Of a stretch of DNA of 64,000 nucleotides, positions 27,017 to 35,835 are shown piece after piece. The notes under the pieces were generated by a model. That model was given only the letters and a program-made list of their open reading frames with translations, made no database searches and had not been told where the DNA came from. Each line of letters starts with the position of its first letter. Position 1 is the stretch's first letter. Both the position numbers and the translations under genes were made by a program. Source of the DNA: a virus; the IMG/VR virus record IMGVR_UViG_3300010429_002786. One strand, written 5' to 3'.

Positions 27017-27901
27017 TTATCGAACCTGAGCCGCCGTCTGCGGCCCGGTGTAGACGAGGTTTCCGATCCTCGAGTAGATGGCCCCGAAGGGGTCGAAGAA
27101 CCCCTGCGGCAATGTCTGCACTCCGTAGAACGCTGGCGGAGGCGCGACGAGCTTGCCCTCGGGGAAGCTGTTGCCGTACTTGTGGCGGATGTCCTTGTTC
27201 AGGTTGGTCGGTGAGACCCACCAGTTGGGGATGGTGATGCTGCGGCCCATCGCGTTCGGGTTGGGCTCAAGGAAGTTCTCGGCGTGGACGAACATCTTGC
27301 AGAGCGCAGGGATCTTGAGCCGCGCGCCGCCGGTGAAGAGTGGCTCGACGCCGACGAGGCGCGAGGTGCCGTCCTTCTCGTTCGACTCGGTGATGCGCTT
27401 CTCGAGCGCGAGCCAGATGATGTTGAGGCCCGTTCCGTGGAGCTTCATCGCGAGGTTGCGCACGAGGTGCGTCTCGAGCGCGCCCCAGTCAGGCTTGCGC
27501 ATCTGCGGGAGCTCGCCGTTCGGCAGCTGGCGCTTCTTCAGCTCCTCGGAGATCCACATGTCGATGTAGAACGTGATCGAGTCCACGACGATGGTGCAGA
27601 AGCCCGCCTGCTTGGCGCTCGTCACGATCCAGTTGACGTAGTTCGTCATGTGCTGGACCGAGGTCACGCGGAAGATCGGAGGGATCGGCCGCCCGTATAG
27701 CGCAGGGAACTGCGTCAGCGCGTCGTCACCACCCTCCGGGCCGCACGACAGGAATAGCGGGTTCGGGAAGAGCCCCGCGCCCGTCGTCTTGCGCGTGCCC
27801 TGCCCGCCGAAGATGAACAGCGTGAAGCCGCCTACGTCGAGGTCGATACTCGGAACGCGCAGGTCCGGATGGAAGTTGGTGTAGGTGCGCTGCTCTTGCA
27901 T
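27017..27901 (-). CDS. Sak4-like / AAA_24 ATP-binding recombinase
   Basis: 'IFGGQGTRKTT', 'TIVVDSIT' and 'DWG...L...NIIWLALE'. Confidence 0.8.
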   Translation of the reverse strand: MQEQRTYTNFHPDLRVPSIDLDVGGFTLFIFGGQGTRKTTGAGLFPNPLFLSCGPEGGDDALTQFPALYGRPIPPIFRVTSVQHMTNYVNWIVTSAKQAGFCTIVVDSITFYIDMWISEELKKRQLPNGELPQMRKPDWGALETHLVRNLAMKLHGTGLNIIWLALEKRITESNEKDGTSRLVGVEPLFTGGARLKIPALCKMFVHAENFLEPNPNAMGRSITIPNWWVSPTNLNKDIRHKYGNSFPEGKLVAPPPAFYGVQTLPQGFFDPFGAIYSRIGNLVYTGPQTAAQVR

Positions 27902-27904
27902 TGG

Positions 27905-29704
27905 TTAGTCCTCCACCGCGGCTAGCGCGGAGCAGAGCGCGTCGAGGTCTTTGCCTTCCTCGGAGCGCATGGATGTCGCGATGAGCTCGTCGACCAGGCG
28001 AAGCCCGTCGCGCTCCTCGGGGACAGCGCTCACCTGCGAGGTCACCTTCGCCTCGAGCAGGTTGAGCATCTCCTCGTCGATCGTGCCACGGCAGATCGGA
28101 AAGATGAACTGCACCTCTCGGTGCGCCGAGCCGTCGCGCTGCAGGCGCGAGATGGCCTGCATCAGCGTGTAGGGACGCCAGTCGAGGTCCACCATCACGC
28201 CGCGCGAGGCGATAGAGAGCTCGTTGATCGACTCGCCAGCGGCGCCCATGGTCGCAACGCAGACTCCTCGTTCGGCCTTCGCGAACGCTGCCGCGACGGT
28301 CTCTCGTTCGTCCTGCGCCATCTCGCCCGTGATGGGCCCGAATACAGGAGCCCCTCGCTCGGTGAGCAGGCGCGCTGCGTTTTTGGCCGGAGCCACTCGC
28401 TGGGTGAAGATGACCACGTGCGAGGCGCCCTGAAGCTGCTCGAGCGCGAAGTCGACCGCCTTGCGCGCCTTGTGCGCTGAGAGCAATCCGATCAGCACCG
28501 TGTAGGCGCGCGCCTTGCCCATACCGTGCGCGAGCTCGTGCTTCGATAGCTCGAGCGTGATGCCGCCGAAGGTGATCTTGGCCGACTCGTCCGGAAGGAC
28601 GCCCTTGCCGCGTAGGTAGGACGCGATGTCCCGCTGCGCCGCGCGGTAGTCGGCAAGCACCTCTGGGTCGTCGAGCTCGACGTCGCGCGCGATGATGCGC
28701 AGACTGGGCACCCCGCTGCAGACGTCCTTCGTGTAGCGAAGCAGCGTGCCCGCGAGACGCGCGCGAAGCTCGACGATAGCCTCGTCGCTCACCCGCGACT
28801 CGTCGAAGTTCGGCACGGTCTGCCCGCTCTCTCCAACGACCTCGTAGCGCATGCCGCAGTAGCGAGACCAGAACTGGTCCGGCTTCCAGCCCCACTGTCG
28901 AGGCTGGGCCACAGCGAGCTGCGCGTAGAGGTCTCGGCGCTCGTTGGGCATTGGGTTACCCGTGAGGAGCACCCGACGCTCGACAGAGGACGCGCGCGAG
29001 AGCGAGAGCGCTGCTCCGGAGCGCTGCGCGCTCGGGTGCGATAGGTGGTGACTCTCATCGAAGACGAGCGCGGCCGGCTTGAGCGTCGCCTGGATGGCGC
29101 TCCACCAGTAGGGCAGGATGTCGTAGTGGATGAAGAACCACCGGTGGCGCCCGAGCATCGCGAGGTCCGGGGTCTCGGTCTCGAGCGGCTGGATGGACAG
29201 GCCGTAGTGCACCGCCGGGTCGCGCGTCTCGCCGACCCACGCGCCGCGGGTCTTCTTTGTCCCGCAGATGACCACCGGCCGCGCCGCGAACTGGTCCAGC
29301 CAGAACGCCTGCAGGGTCGAGATGGTCTTGCCGCAGCCGGCGTCGGCGCCGACGATGGCGCCCTCTGTCCAGGGCGTGATGGCGCGGATGAAGGCGACGG
29401 TGCGCAGCTGGTGGGGGCGAAGTGGCCGGCCGCTCAGCGGGCAAGCAGGAAGCGTCACGTCCTCTGGGTAGTCGAGCAGTCCTGCTCCGAGCTGCCCGGC
29501 GGTGTGCAGGCTCCGCGGCAGGTAATAGCCGGTGTTGGCGGGGATCCGCGTGTCGACCTTGTACTCGACTCCAGGAACCTGCAGGAGAGACTCGAGCTGC
29601 CGACGCGCCTGCTCCTCCGAGATCCCAGAGGCGCCGATGATGCGTTGGCGTGGCGGTAGGATCGTGTCCTGAAACACGAAGCCGTTGAGCAGGTCTTGAA
29701 GCAC
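27905..29704 (-). CDS. SNF2-like SF2 helicase
   Basis: 'LRPHQ', 'DAGCGKT', 'DESH', 'LTGNP', 'AAGESIN' and 'QAISRLQR.G'. Confidence 0.9.
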   Translation of the reverse strand: MLQDLLNGFVFQDTILPPRQRIIGASGISEEQARRQLESLLQVPGVEYKVDTRIPANTGYYLPRSLHTAGQLGAGLLDYPEDVTLPACPLSGRPLRPHQLRTVAFIRAITPWTEGAIVGADAGCGKTISTLQAFWLDQFAARPVVICGTKKTRGAWVGETRDPAVHYGLSIQPLETETPDLAMLGRHRWFFIHYDILPYWWSAIQATLKPAALVFDESHHLSHPSAQRSGAALSLSRASSVERRVLLTGNPMPNERRDLYAQLAVAQPRQWGWKPDQFWSRYCGMRYEVVGESGQTVPNFDESRVSDEAIVELRARLAGTLLRYTKDVCSGVPSLRIIARDVELDDPEVLADYRAAQRDIASYLRGKGVLPDESAKITFGGITLELSKHELAHGMGKARAYTVLIGLLSAHKARKAVDFALEQLQGASHVVIFTQRVAPAKNAARLLTERGAPVFGPITGEMAQDERETVAAAFAKAERGVCVATMGAAGESINELSIASRGVMVDLDWRPYTLMQAISRLQRDGSAHREVQFIFPICRGTIDEEMLNLLEAKVTSQVSAVPEERDGLRLVDELIATSMRSEEGKDLDALCSALAAVED

Positions 29705-29860
29705 GAGATCTGGATACTAGTCGGATCTAACCCGGTCAACAACAATCGCACAACTCTTCGGAAGCAATCAGATAATCAGTGTCATGCGGATCGGACGCGC
29801 ATTGTGATCGGATTCCGCCCGCAAGAATCTTAGGGGAGTCCTGGGGTTCGGAGGCGAGCC

Positions 29861-31069
29861 TTGACGGATGCTGCTGGTGGTGGTGAATTGGTGGGCAACA
29901 AGGAGGCAGAGTACTTGGCAAACGACCCGGAGATCAAGCGGAAAAGGGTCTACACCATGAAGGAGCTGGTCGAGCTCGAGGTGGACCCGGACCAGTGGAT
30001 CGTGCCCCTGATGATCCCCAAGAACGGCAAGACCTTCGTCTATGGCGACGGGGGGACGGGCAAAACTACAATGATGCTCGACCTGTGCGTGGCGGTTGCC
30101 GCTCCCGCGCGCGAGCTTCACCTCGGGCTCTTCCCGGTCAAGCATCATGGGCCGGTCCTCGTGGTCACCGTCGAGGGATCGATCGCGGCCATCCGCCGGC
30201 GGCTCATCGGCCAGCTCCGGTCGCGCGGCCTTCGCCCCGACGAGGTGGACCTGCACTTCTGCCACGACGCGTTCCTGCTCGACGACCTCGACGAGGCGCG
30301 CGAGTTCGAGGAGAACGTCGAGCGCATCCAGCCGGTGCTCACCCTCATCGACCCGCTCGACAGCTTCTTCCAGGGCGACGAGAACAGCGCGCGTGACACG
30401 AAGCGCTTCCGTCGGAACGCGAACAAGATCATCGATCGCTTCAACACGAGCCTCGTCATCATCCACCACCAGACCAAGGGCTCTAGCGACAACAAACCGA
30501 CGCTGCGCGGCTCGTCAGCGCTGCGCGGCTGGGCCGACGTGGTCATCCACCTCACCGGTCAGCCGAAGCAGCTCGGGCTGCCCGAGGAGCTGAAGGTCAT
30601 CTCCGTCGACTCCGAAAAGATCCGCGACGAGCGCGACGGACACCTCTTCTCCGTCGTCCCCATGTTCGATGGCTCACGCGACGGACTCGTCGAGTTCGCC
30701 TTCTTCAACGGCGACGTCGGCCACGTCCACGACGTCTACATCCGCCAGCGCGCCCTGCAGCTCCTCGTCGCGCAGAGCCCCCTCACGACGAGCGACATCG
30801 CCGCCGCGCTCAACATGCCTCCCGCGAAGGTCAAGGCCTCCCTCGAGGCCCTCGAGGAGCGCGGCTTCGTCGACCAGCGCGCCGAGGTGCGCCGCTCGAC
30901 CTCCTCCGATGGCTCGCGCACCCGCGGCGTTCCCGCCTGGCGCAGCCTGAACCCGTTGACCCCCATCGAGGTTCTGGAGAGGATCATGATGTACGAGCGC
31001 CAGGAGATGCGCGCCGCCCTCGAGCTCTACGAGGTCGACCCCGTCATCCCGGCTGCCATGCCCTGCTGA
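29861..31069 (+). CDS. AAA_25 / RepA-like SF4 helicase with C-terminal winged HTH
   Basis: 'YGDGGTGKT', 'IDPL', 'DEN', 'IIHHQTK' and 'RGSSAL...AD'; the start is uncertain (29861-29957). Confidence 0.85.
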   Translation: MTDAAGGGELVGNKEAEYLANDPEIKRKRVYTMKELVELEVDPDQWIVPLMIPKNGKTFVYGDGGTGKTTMMLDLCVAVAAPARELHLGLFPVKHHGPVLVVTVEGSIAAIRRRLIGQLRSRGLRPDEVDLHFCHDAFLLDDLDEAREFEENVERIQPVLTLIDPLDSFFQGDENSARDTKRFRRNANKIIDRFNTSLVIIHHQTKGSSDNKPTLRGSSALRGWADVVIHLTGQPKQLGLPEELKVISVDSEKIRDERDGHLFSVVPMFDGSRDGLVEFAFFNGDVGHVHDVYIRQRALQLLVAQSPLTTSDIAAALNMPPAKVKASLEALEERGFVDQRAEVRRSTSSDGSRTRGVPAWRSLNPLTPIEVLERIMMYERQEMRAALELYEVDPVIPAAMPC

Positions 31070-31102
31070 CCGGAGGCTCTCGGCCTCCCCGGAGGCCTGA
31101 AG

Positions 31103-31366
31103 ATGCTGTCCGACTCCACGATCCACCAGATGGTAGCGCTCGAGTACGAGCGCAACGCCGCCTTCCGCGCCCACGCCGACGCCGCCATCGCCAGGCTCCG
31201 TCAGACCTGCAGCGGCATGCCGGTCGACGCCAGCTCCTGCCTGCGACTAAAAACGGGTGAGGGAGCGATCGTCGGCAAGGCCCTGCTCGACGACTTCAAC
31301 GCGCGGGCGAGCGAGCCCGCCTGGAGGACAGCGCAGAACGCGCAGCCGGGCAGCAGGCGCCGCTAG
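31103..31366 (+). CDS. Hypothetical protein
   Basis: 87 aa with GGAGG RBS. Confidence 0.55.
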   Translation: MLSDSTIHQMVALEYERNAAFRAHADAAIARLRQTCSGMPVDASSCLRLKTGEGAIVGKALLDDFNARASEPAWRTAQNAQPGSRRR

Positions 31367-31680
31367 GCGAGCTCCCGCAGCCGCTCCACCATGTAGACGA
31401 CCCCAGGGTCCCGCCGCGCCTCTAGCAGCCGCGAGATGGTCTTGCGCTGCATGTTGGTCACAGCTAACAGCCAGTGCATCGCCCCCTCCTCACCGAGCCG
31501 CCGAGCCGCCTCCGCCGCCAACACCTTGCGCGCCGTGTACACGGTCAGGGTGGGTCGCAGGCGACCCTCCGGCGTCGACAGCAGCGTGGCCAGATTCACC
31601 GAGTATATTTTCCCGATGCGTCGGAGTACGTCCAGCCACCACACCGCGAGCGCATCCTTGGGTCCGTTCTCTTCGCGCAT
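31363..31680 (-). CDS. Hypothetical protein
   Basis: 105 aa, convergent with the previous ORF. Confidence 0.45.
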   Translation of the reverse strand: MREENGPKDALAVWWLDVLRRIGKIYSVNLATLLSTPEGRLRPTLTVYTARKVLAAEAARRLGEEGAMHWLLAVTNMQRKTISRLLEARRDPGVVYMVERLRELA

Positions 31681-31858
31681 GGATGATTTTCTCTCTGACT
31701 ACTAATACAAAGATGGGTGAGAAATGGACAAATTGTAAAGGGCACGCGCACTGAAAACCATAACGAATGTAGCGGCTTGTTACGCAAAAACTCAGTAAAT
31801 TTCAAATTTCGGCGAACTGAAAAATGCGTAACAATTACAACACGTTGTTATGAATTTC

Positions 31859-34800
31859 TTACGACCCCGTTTTTTTGCCCAAAATTTCGGCGTAAGCAGG
31901 TTTTCCCTCACTACATTCGCTCTGGATGTATGACGCAGTGCAGCTATCCGCGGCTCTGGACACTGCCACGAACAGCAGACGCAGCTCCTCGTCTGGGTCA
32001 TCCGTGCGCGAGGAGGGGAAGGTACCATCTGAAATACCCACCAGGTTCACGTGCCCCCACTCGAGCCCCTTGGCGCGGTGGATGGTCGAGAGCACGAGCG
32101 CGTTCGACTGCTCGCCGTCCTTGGCGCGAAGGCCAGTGTGCTTGGCCTGCTTGAGCGCCACCGAGAGCCCGTCGACGTAGGCGATGAACTGCATCACCGA
32201 CTTGAACTCCCTGGCGATGCGCTGCAGGGCTCCGATGACCGCCTGCCGGCTCTCATCCATCGAGGAGAGCCCCTCGTGCCGCCGAAGCTCCTCGACGTAG
32301 TCGGTCGTGAGCAAGATGTCGGCGATGAGGTCTTCGGGCCCGTCAGGCTGCGGCACCTCGACTCCTTCCGCCGGCGGAGGGCCGAGCAGGAGCGCCCCCT
32401 CGGCTGCCGCGGCGGCTTTGTTGAGCCGGACGAGCAGGCGCTGCAGGTCGAGCATGGCCATGCGCTGCGGCCGGTTGAGCGCCGAGCGGTCCTCGAGCAT
32501 CTGGTCGAGCAGCGAGATGCCGCGCTCGCGGCCGATCTCTTCGGCTGCCGTGATGGTCTTCTTGGAGATGAAGCGGAAGGGGGTGTTGATGATGTGGCGG
32601 AGCCAGCGGCCTTCGGGATCGCAGCCGCACGCGACGCGCAGGTAAGCGAGAATGTCGGTCACCTCTTTGCTCTCGACGAAGGAGCCGGCCGCGCGCTTGA
32701 GGTACGTGATTCGCTGCCGGATGCACTCGAGCTCGACCTGATAGAGATCGACGGAGAGACGCGCTAGGATGGCGCACTTCGAGAAGTCCCAGCCGTTGCC
32801 CTCGGCGTACTCGCGGCACTCCTTGACGGCGAGCGCGGCTTCTTCGGCGCCGCTCGCGCAGGGCACGACGCGGACGGCTTGCCCGGTGCTCTCGCGCACG
32901 GCGCGGATCGGCCCGACGAGATGCCAGGGGCGATCCTTCACGATCTGATACGACGCCTCGCAGATGCCCGGCACCGACCGGTAGTTGACCGGCAGCGGGT
33001 AGACCGAGACGCCCGGCACCTTCACGAACTCCGAGGTGAGCGCGGGCGTCCCGTTCTGAAAGCCGAAGATGCTCTGCGAGACGTCTCCCGCCACCATCAG
33101 GTTGCAGCGCTCAGCAGGCGCCGCCATCGCCCCGAGGTCGAGCGGCGGCCAGCCGGCGATGAGCGCCGCGATATCCCACTGCACGGGGTTACTGTCCTGA
33201 CAGTTGTGCACGACAAGGCCGTCTGCCAGAAAGGTGTGGGTGCCCTCGACGTCGATGTCGTAGACGAAGGCGTCGGCTGGCTGCCATTCCTCGACGGAGA
33301 CGACCTCGGCGGGAATGGGGCAGGCAGCGGATTCGATCCCGGTGAGCTGCAGAATCTCGCACGACGACATCCGCAGTGCGTCCTTGTTGCGCAGCCGCAC
33401 TACCGTCCAGCCGAGCTCTTGTAGCCTCTGATCTTTGCGGGCGTCTGCCTGCTGCCTCCCCGAAGCCATATGAGAGCTCCCGTCGAGCTCGATAGCTATC
33501 ATCAGGTCCGGATTGGCTACATCAATCTTGTAGTGATGGGGGACGAAGCCGGTCGGAATGGAATGCCCGATGAGCCAGCCAGCTCCGAGCTTGGCTTGCA
33601 CCGACAGCTCTGTGGGGGAAGGGCCAGCACCGTTTCCACCACGGACGGGGATGTAGCCGCCCGAAGCTGCACCACCGCACGAGCCGCCGCGGTTTTTTTC
33701 CCTCATCAGCTGAGCGAGCTTTTGTCTTCCGGCGATGCCGTGGCCAGCCGCCTTGGCGTACTCCGGCGCTTTGGGCGCTTCGCTCTCGAGGGTCAGCACG
33801 TCGCCGGCTTGTAGCTCTGCAGCGGGTACCATGCGAGCCGATGAGCCAACTCCGCGCAGCACGAGTTGGTCTTCTGTGCACAGTAGGTATCGTAGGCCGA
33901 ACCTCACGCGCTCGGTCAACGGGCCGAGGCGGCTCCCGTCCTTGGCGAAGCCCTGACGTCTTGCGACCACCCGCACCATCTTCTTGGCGAGCGGAATCTT
34001 GTGCCATCCAGTGACCGCGCGTGGCTCCATTTGGCGGGTCTGCAGGTTGTAGCTGAGGATCGGACCTGCGTAGCGGCTGTCCACGAGGTCCCTGATGGAC
34101 CGCTGCGTTCCATCCGGTAGCGTCACAGGTGTTCGTCCATCGAAGCACTCGTCGACGATGACGTGCGCGTAGATGCTGCGCCAGCGGTAGAGCGCCTCGG
34201 GGTCTGTGCGAAGAACGTACCAGGCCCAGAGCAGCATGTCGTCGAAGCCGTACTGACAGCGAGCGGCGCGCCGCTCCTCGAACTGCTCGAAGACGTAGGC
34301 GAGCGCCCCGGCTCCCATGCCGGTCTTGCGGCAGAAGGCCTGGCAGGCGGTCTCGAAGGGATCACGGAAGGTGCGCGAGCGGAAGGGGTCGCCGTGAACT
34401 GGCGCCCAGGTGAAGGTCTTGATTCGCGAGATCGCGCGCCAGACCTCGTTCACGTCGACCTCGCGCTTCGGGATGGCGTTCTCCTTGCGGAGGTCACCGA
34501 GCAGGCCCTGCAGGGTCCACTTCAGGCGGTCGTTCGTGTCGAGCTCGAGCCCGGAGACGAGGTAGGATGCGCTCACCTCCAAGATCTGCGAGCACACCGA
34601 GTGGATGGTCCCGACCCGCGCGCCGCGAAGACCGAGCGCCTCGAGGCGCTGCTGCATCTCCGCGGCGGCGGTACGGGTGAAGGTCATGGCAAGAATGCCC
34701 GAGGGAGGCACACCGAGCGCGACGAGCCGCGCGATGCGCGCGATGATCGTCTTAGTCTTGCCGCTGTTGTGGACGAAGAACCCGTTGGCGGCGAAGTTGT

Positions 34801-35725
34801 GATCTGGACCCTGCATGGAGATGTCGAACGTCGGCCAGGTGCCGACGCGACTTATAGAAACCACCCGCTCTTTTCTGTAGTATTCGACGTTGAAGTTCTC
34901 CGTCTTGCCGTGCTCGCGGGAGTGCGCCTCACACGTCATCGGCTGAAGGTTGTCGATAGAGTCGTTAAGCTTATCCTCGTCTTTGTGGTGCACCTGCAGA
35001 AGGTGGTCAAGGTAGCGGAACTTCGATGAGGCCCTGGCGTCGGTCTTCAGTACATGCACGAACTCCGCATATGAAACTCCGTTCATCGCGGCTTCCAGGA
35101 CCAAGCGCGCTCTTGGAACCCTCCTGTATGTATAGTTCTTCGGCTCTTGCATGCGCTCTACGGCGTGCACCACATGTAGCCAACCGTAGGGGTGGTACTT
35201 GGTGTCTACTATGACTCTCGCGCCCTTGCGTGTGCGCCCCGCTCCCTTATTCGGCTTCATGGAGCCGAGCATCATCACTTCGGAGCCGCTACGCCCGCCG
35301 CGCAACTCTCCTGCTGCGGCATAGGACAGATCAGGCAGGAGGAACTTGTGGTCGCTGGTGCACACCAGCTCGTGCCCTCGATCCGTTACGACCTTCACGC
35401 AGGGCTTCATCCCGGAATAGATGACGGCTTCTATCTTGTTATAATAGGAGGTCCCGTCCGAGCCGAGCGAGTAGGTATACGTCGGCTCGGACAGGTCCTC
35501 CCACGCCTTGCGCCGCGACGGCATCCCGTTGAACTTGAGGAACAGCTCTTCGAGGCAAATCTTTCGGCCCCCGTGCCTTTTTCCTCGTAGGTAGGAGATC
35601 TCAGTTTCTCCCGCCAGGCAACCCGGAGCTCCGATGACGGCAGCGGGCCCGTCGGTGTGGAGCGCGGCCGCAGCCTGCTCAGGGTTGAGCTTCATGTACT
35701 CGATCAGCTGCTCGTCGTAGGTCAC
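31859..35725 (-). CDS. uvrD: UvrD/PcrA-like SF1 helicase containing two inteins
   Basis: 'LNPEQ..A', split Walker A 'GAPG|SGKT', 'TFTR.AA.EM', 'GTIHS', split 'VDE|CQD', 'GD..QSI.GF', 'NYRS', 'STIHRAKGLEW' and 'EELRLLFVA.SRA'. Confidence 0.95.
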   Translation of the reverse strand: MTYDEQLIEYMKLNPEQAAAALHTDGPAAVIGAPGCLAGETEISYLRGKRHGGRKICLEELFLKFNGMPSRRKAWEDLSEPTYTYSLGSDGTSYYNKIEAVIYSGMKPCVKVVTDRGHELVCTSDHKFLLPDLSYAAAGELRGGRSGSEVMMLGSMKPNKGAGRTRKGARVIVDTKYHPYGWLHVVHAVERMQEPKNYTYRRVPRARLVLEAAMNGVSYAEFVHVLKTDARASSKFRYLDHLLQVHHKDEDKLNDSIDNLQPMTCEAHSREHGKTENFNVEYYRKERVVSISRVGTWPTFDISMQGPDHNFAANGFFVHNSGKTKTIIARIARLVALGVPPSGILAMTFTRTAAAEMQQRLEALGLRGARVGTIHSVCSQILEVSASYLVSGLELDTNDRLKWTLQGLLGDLRKENAIPKREVDVNEVWRAISRIKTFTWAPVHGDPFRSRTFRDPFETACQAFCRKTGMGAGALAYVFEQFEERRAARCQYGFDDMLLWAWYVLRTDPEALYRWRSIYAHVIVDECFDGRTPVTLPDGTQRSIRDLVDSRYAGPILSYNLQTRQMEPRAVTGWHKIPLAKKMVRVVARRQGFAKDGSRLGPLTERVRFGLRYLLCTEDQLVLRGVGSSARMVPAAELQAGDVLTLESEAPKAPEYAKAAGHGIAGRQKLAQLMREKNRGGSCGGAASGGYIPVRGGNGAGPSPTELSVQAKLGAGWLIGHSIPTGFVPHHYKIDVANPDLMIAIELDGSSHMASGRQQADARKDQRLQELGWTVVRLRNKDALRMSSCEILQLTGIESAACPIPAEVVSVEEWQPADAFVYDIDVEGTHTFLADGLVVHNCQDSNPVQWDIAALIAGWPPLDLGAMAAPAERCNLMVAGDVSQSIFGFQNGTPALTSEFVKVPGVSVYPLPVNYRSVPGICEASYQIVKDRPWHLVGPIRAVRESTGQAVRVVPCASGAEEAALAVKECREYAEGNGWDFSKCAILARLSVDLYQVELECIRQRITYLKRAAGSFVESKEVTDILAYLRVACGCDPEGRWLRHIINTPFRFISKKTITAAEEIGRERGISLLDQMLEDRSALNRPQRMAMLDLQRLLVRLNKAAAAAEGALLLGPPPAEGVEVPQPDGPEDLIADILLTTDYVEELRRHEGLSSMDESRQAVIGALQRIAREFKSVMQFIAYVDGLSVALKQAKHTGLRAKDGEQSNALVLSTIHRAKGLEWGHVNLVGISDGTFPSSRTDDPDEELRLLFVAVSRAADSCTASYIQSECSEGKPAYAEILGKKTGS
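33203..34147 (-). mobile_element. Intein (315 aa) in UvrD Walker B carrying a DUF559/Vsr-like endonuclease
   Basis: E|CFDGRTPV ... 'YKIDVA...IAIELDGSSH...D..KD..L...GW.V.R' ... 'VYDIDVEGTHTFLADGLVVHN|C'. Confidence 0.9.
34766..35620 (-). mobile_element. Intein (285 aa) in UvrD Walker A carrying an HNH endonuclease
   Basis: G|CLAGETEI ... 'CTSDHKF' ... 'VHHKDEDKLND..DNL...H...H' ... 'NGFFVHN|S'. Confidence 0.9.
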
Positions 35726-35755
35726 GATGTGCCTCCTCGGGCTGGCGGAGCGCGG

Positions 35756-35835
35756 CGCGCTAGTGCTTGAGCTGCCCGCTTCGCGCTAGGGCTTGAGCTG
35801 CGTGCCCGCTTCGCGTTAGGGCTTGAGCTGCGTGC
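35756..35835. repeat. Three ~26-30 bp tandem copies of the nuclease gene 3' end
   Basis: cgcg(c/t)tag(t/g)gcttgagctg(cgtg)cccgctt is repeated and includes the stop codon. Confidence 0.85.
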
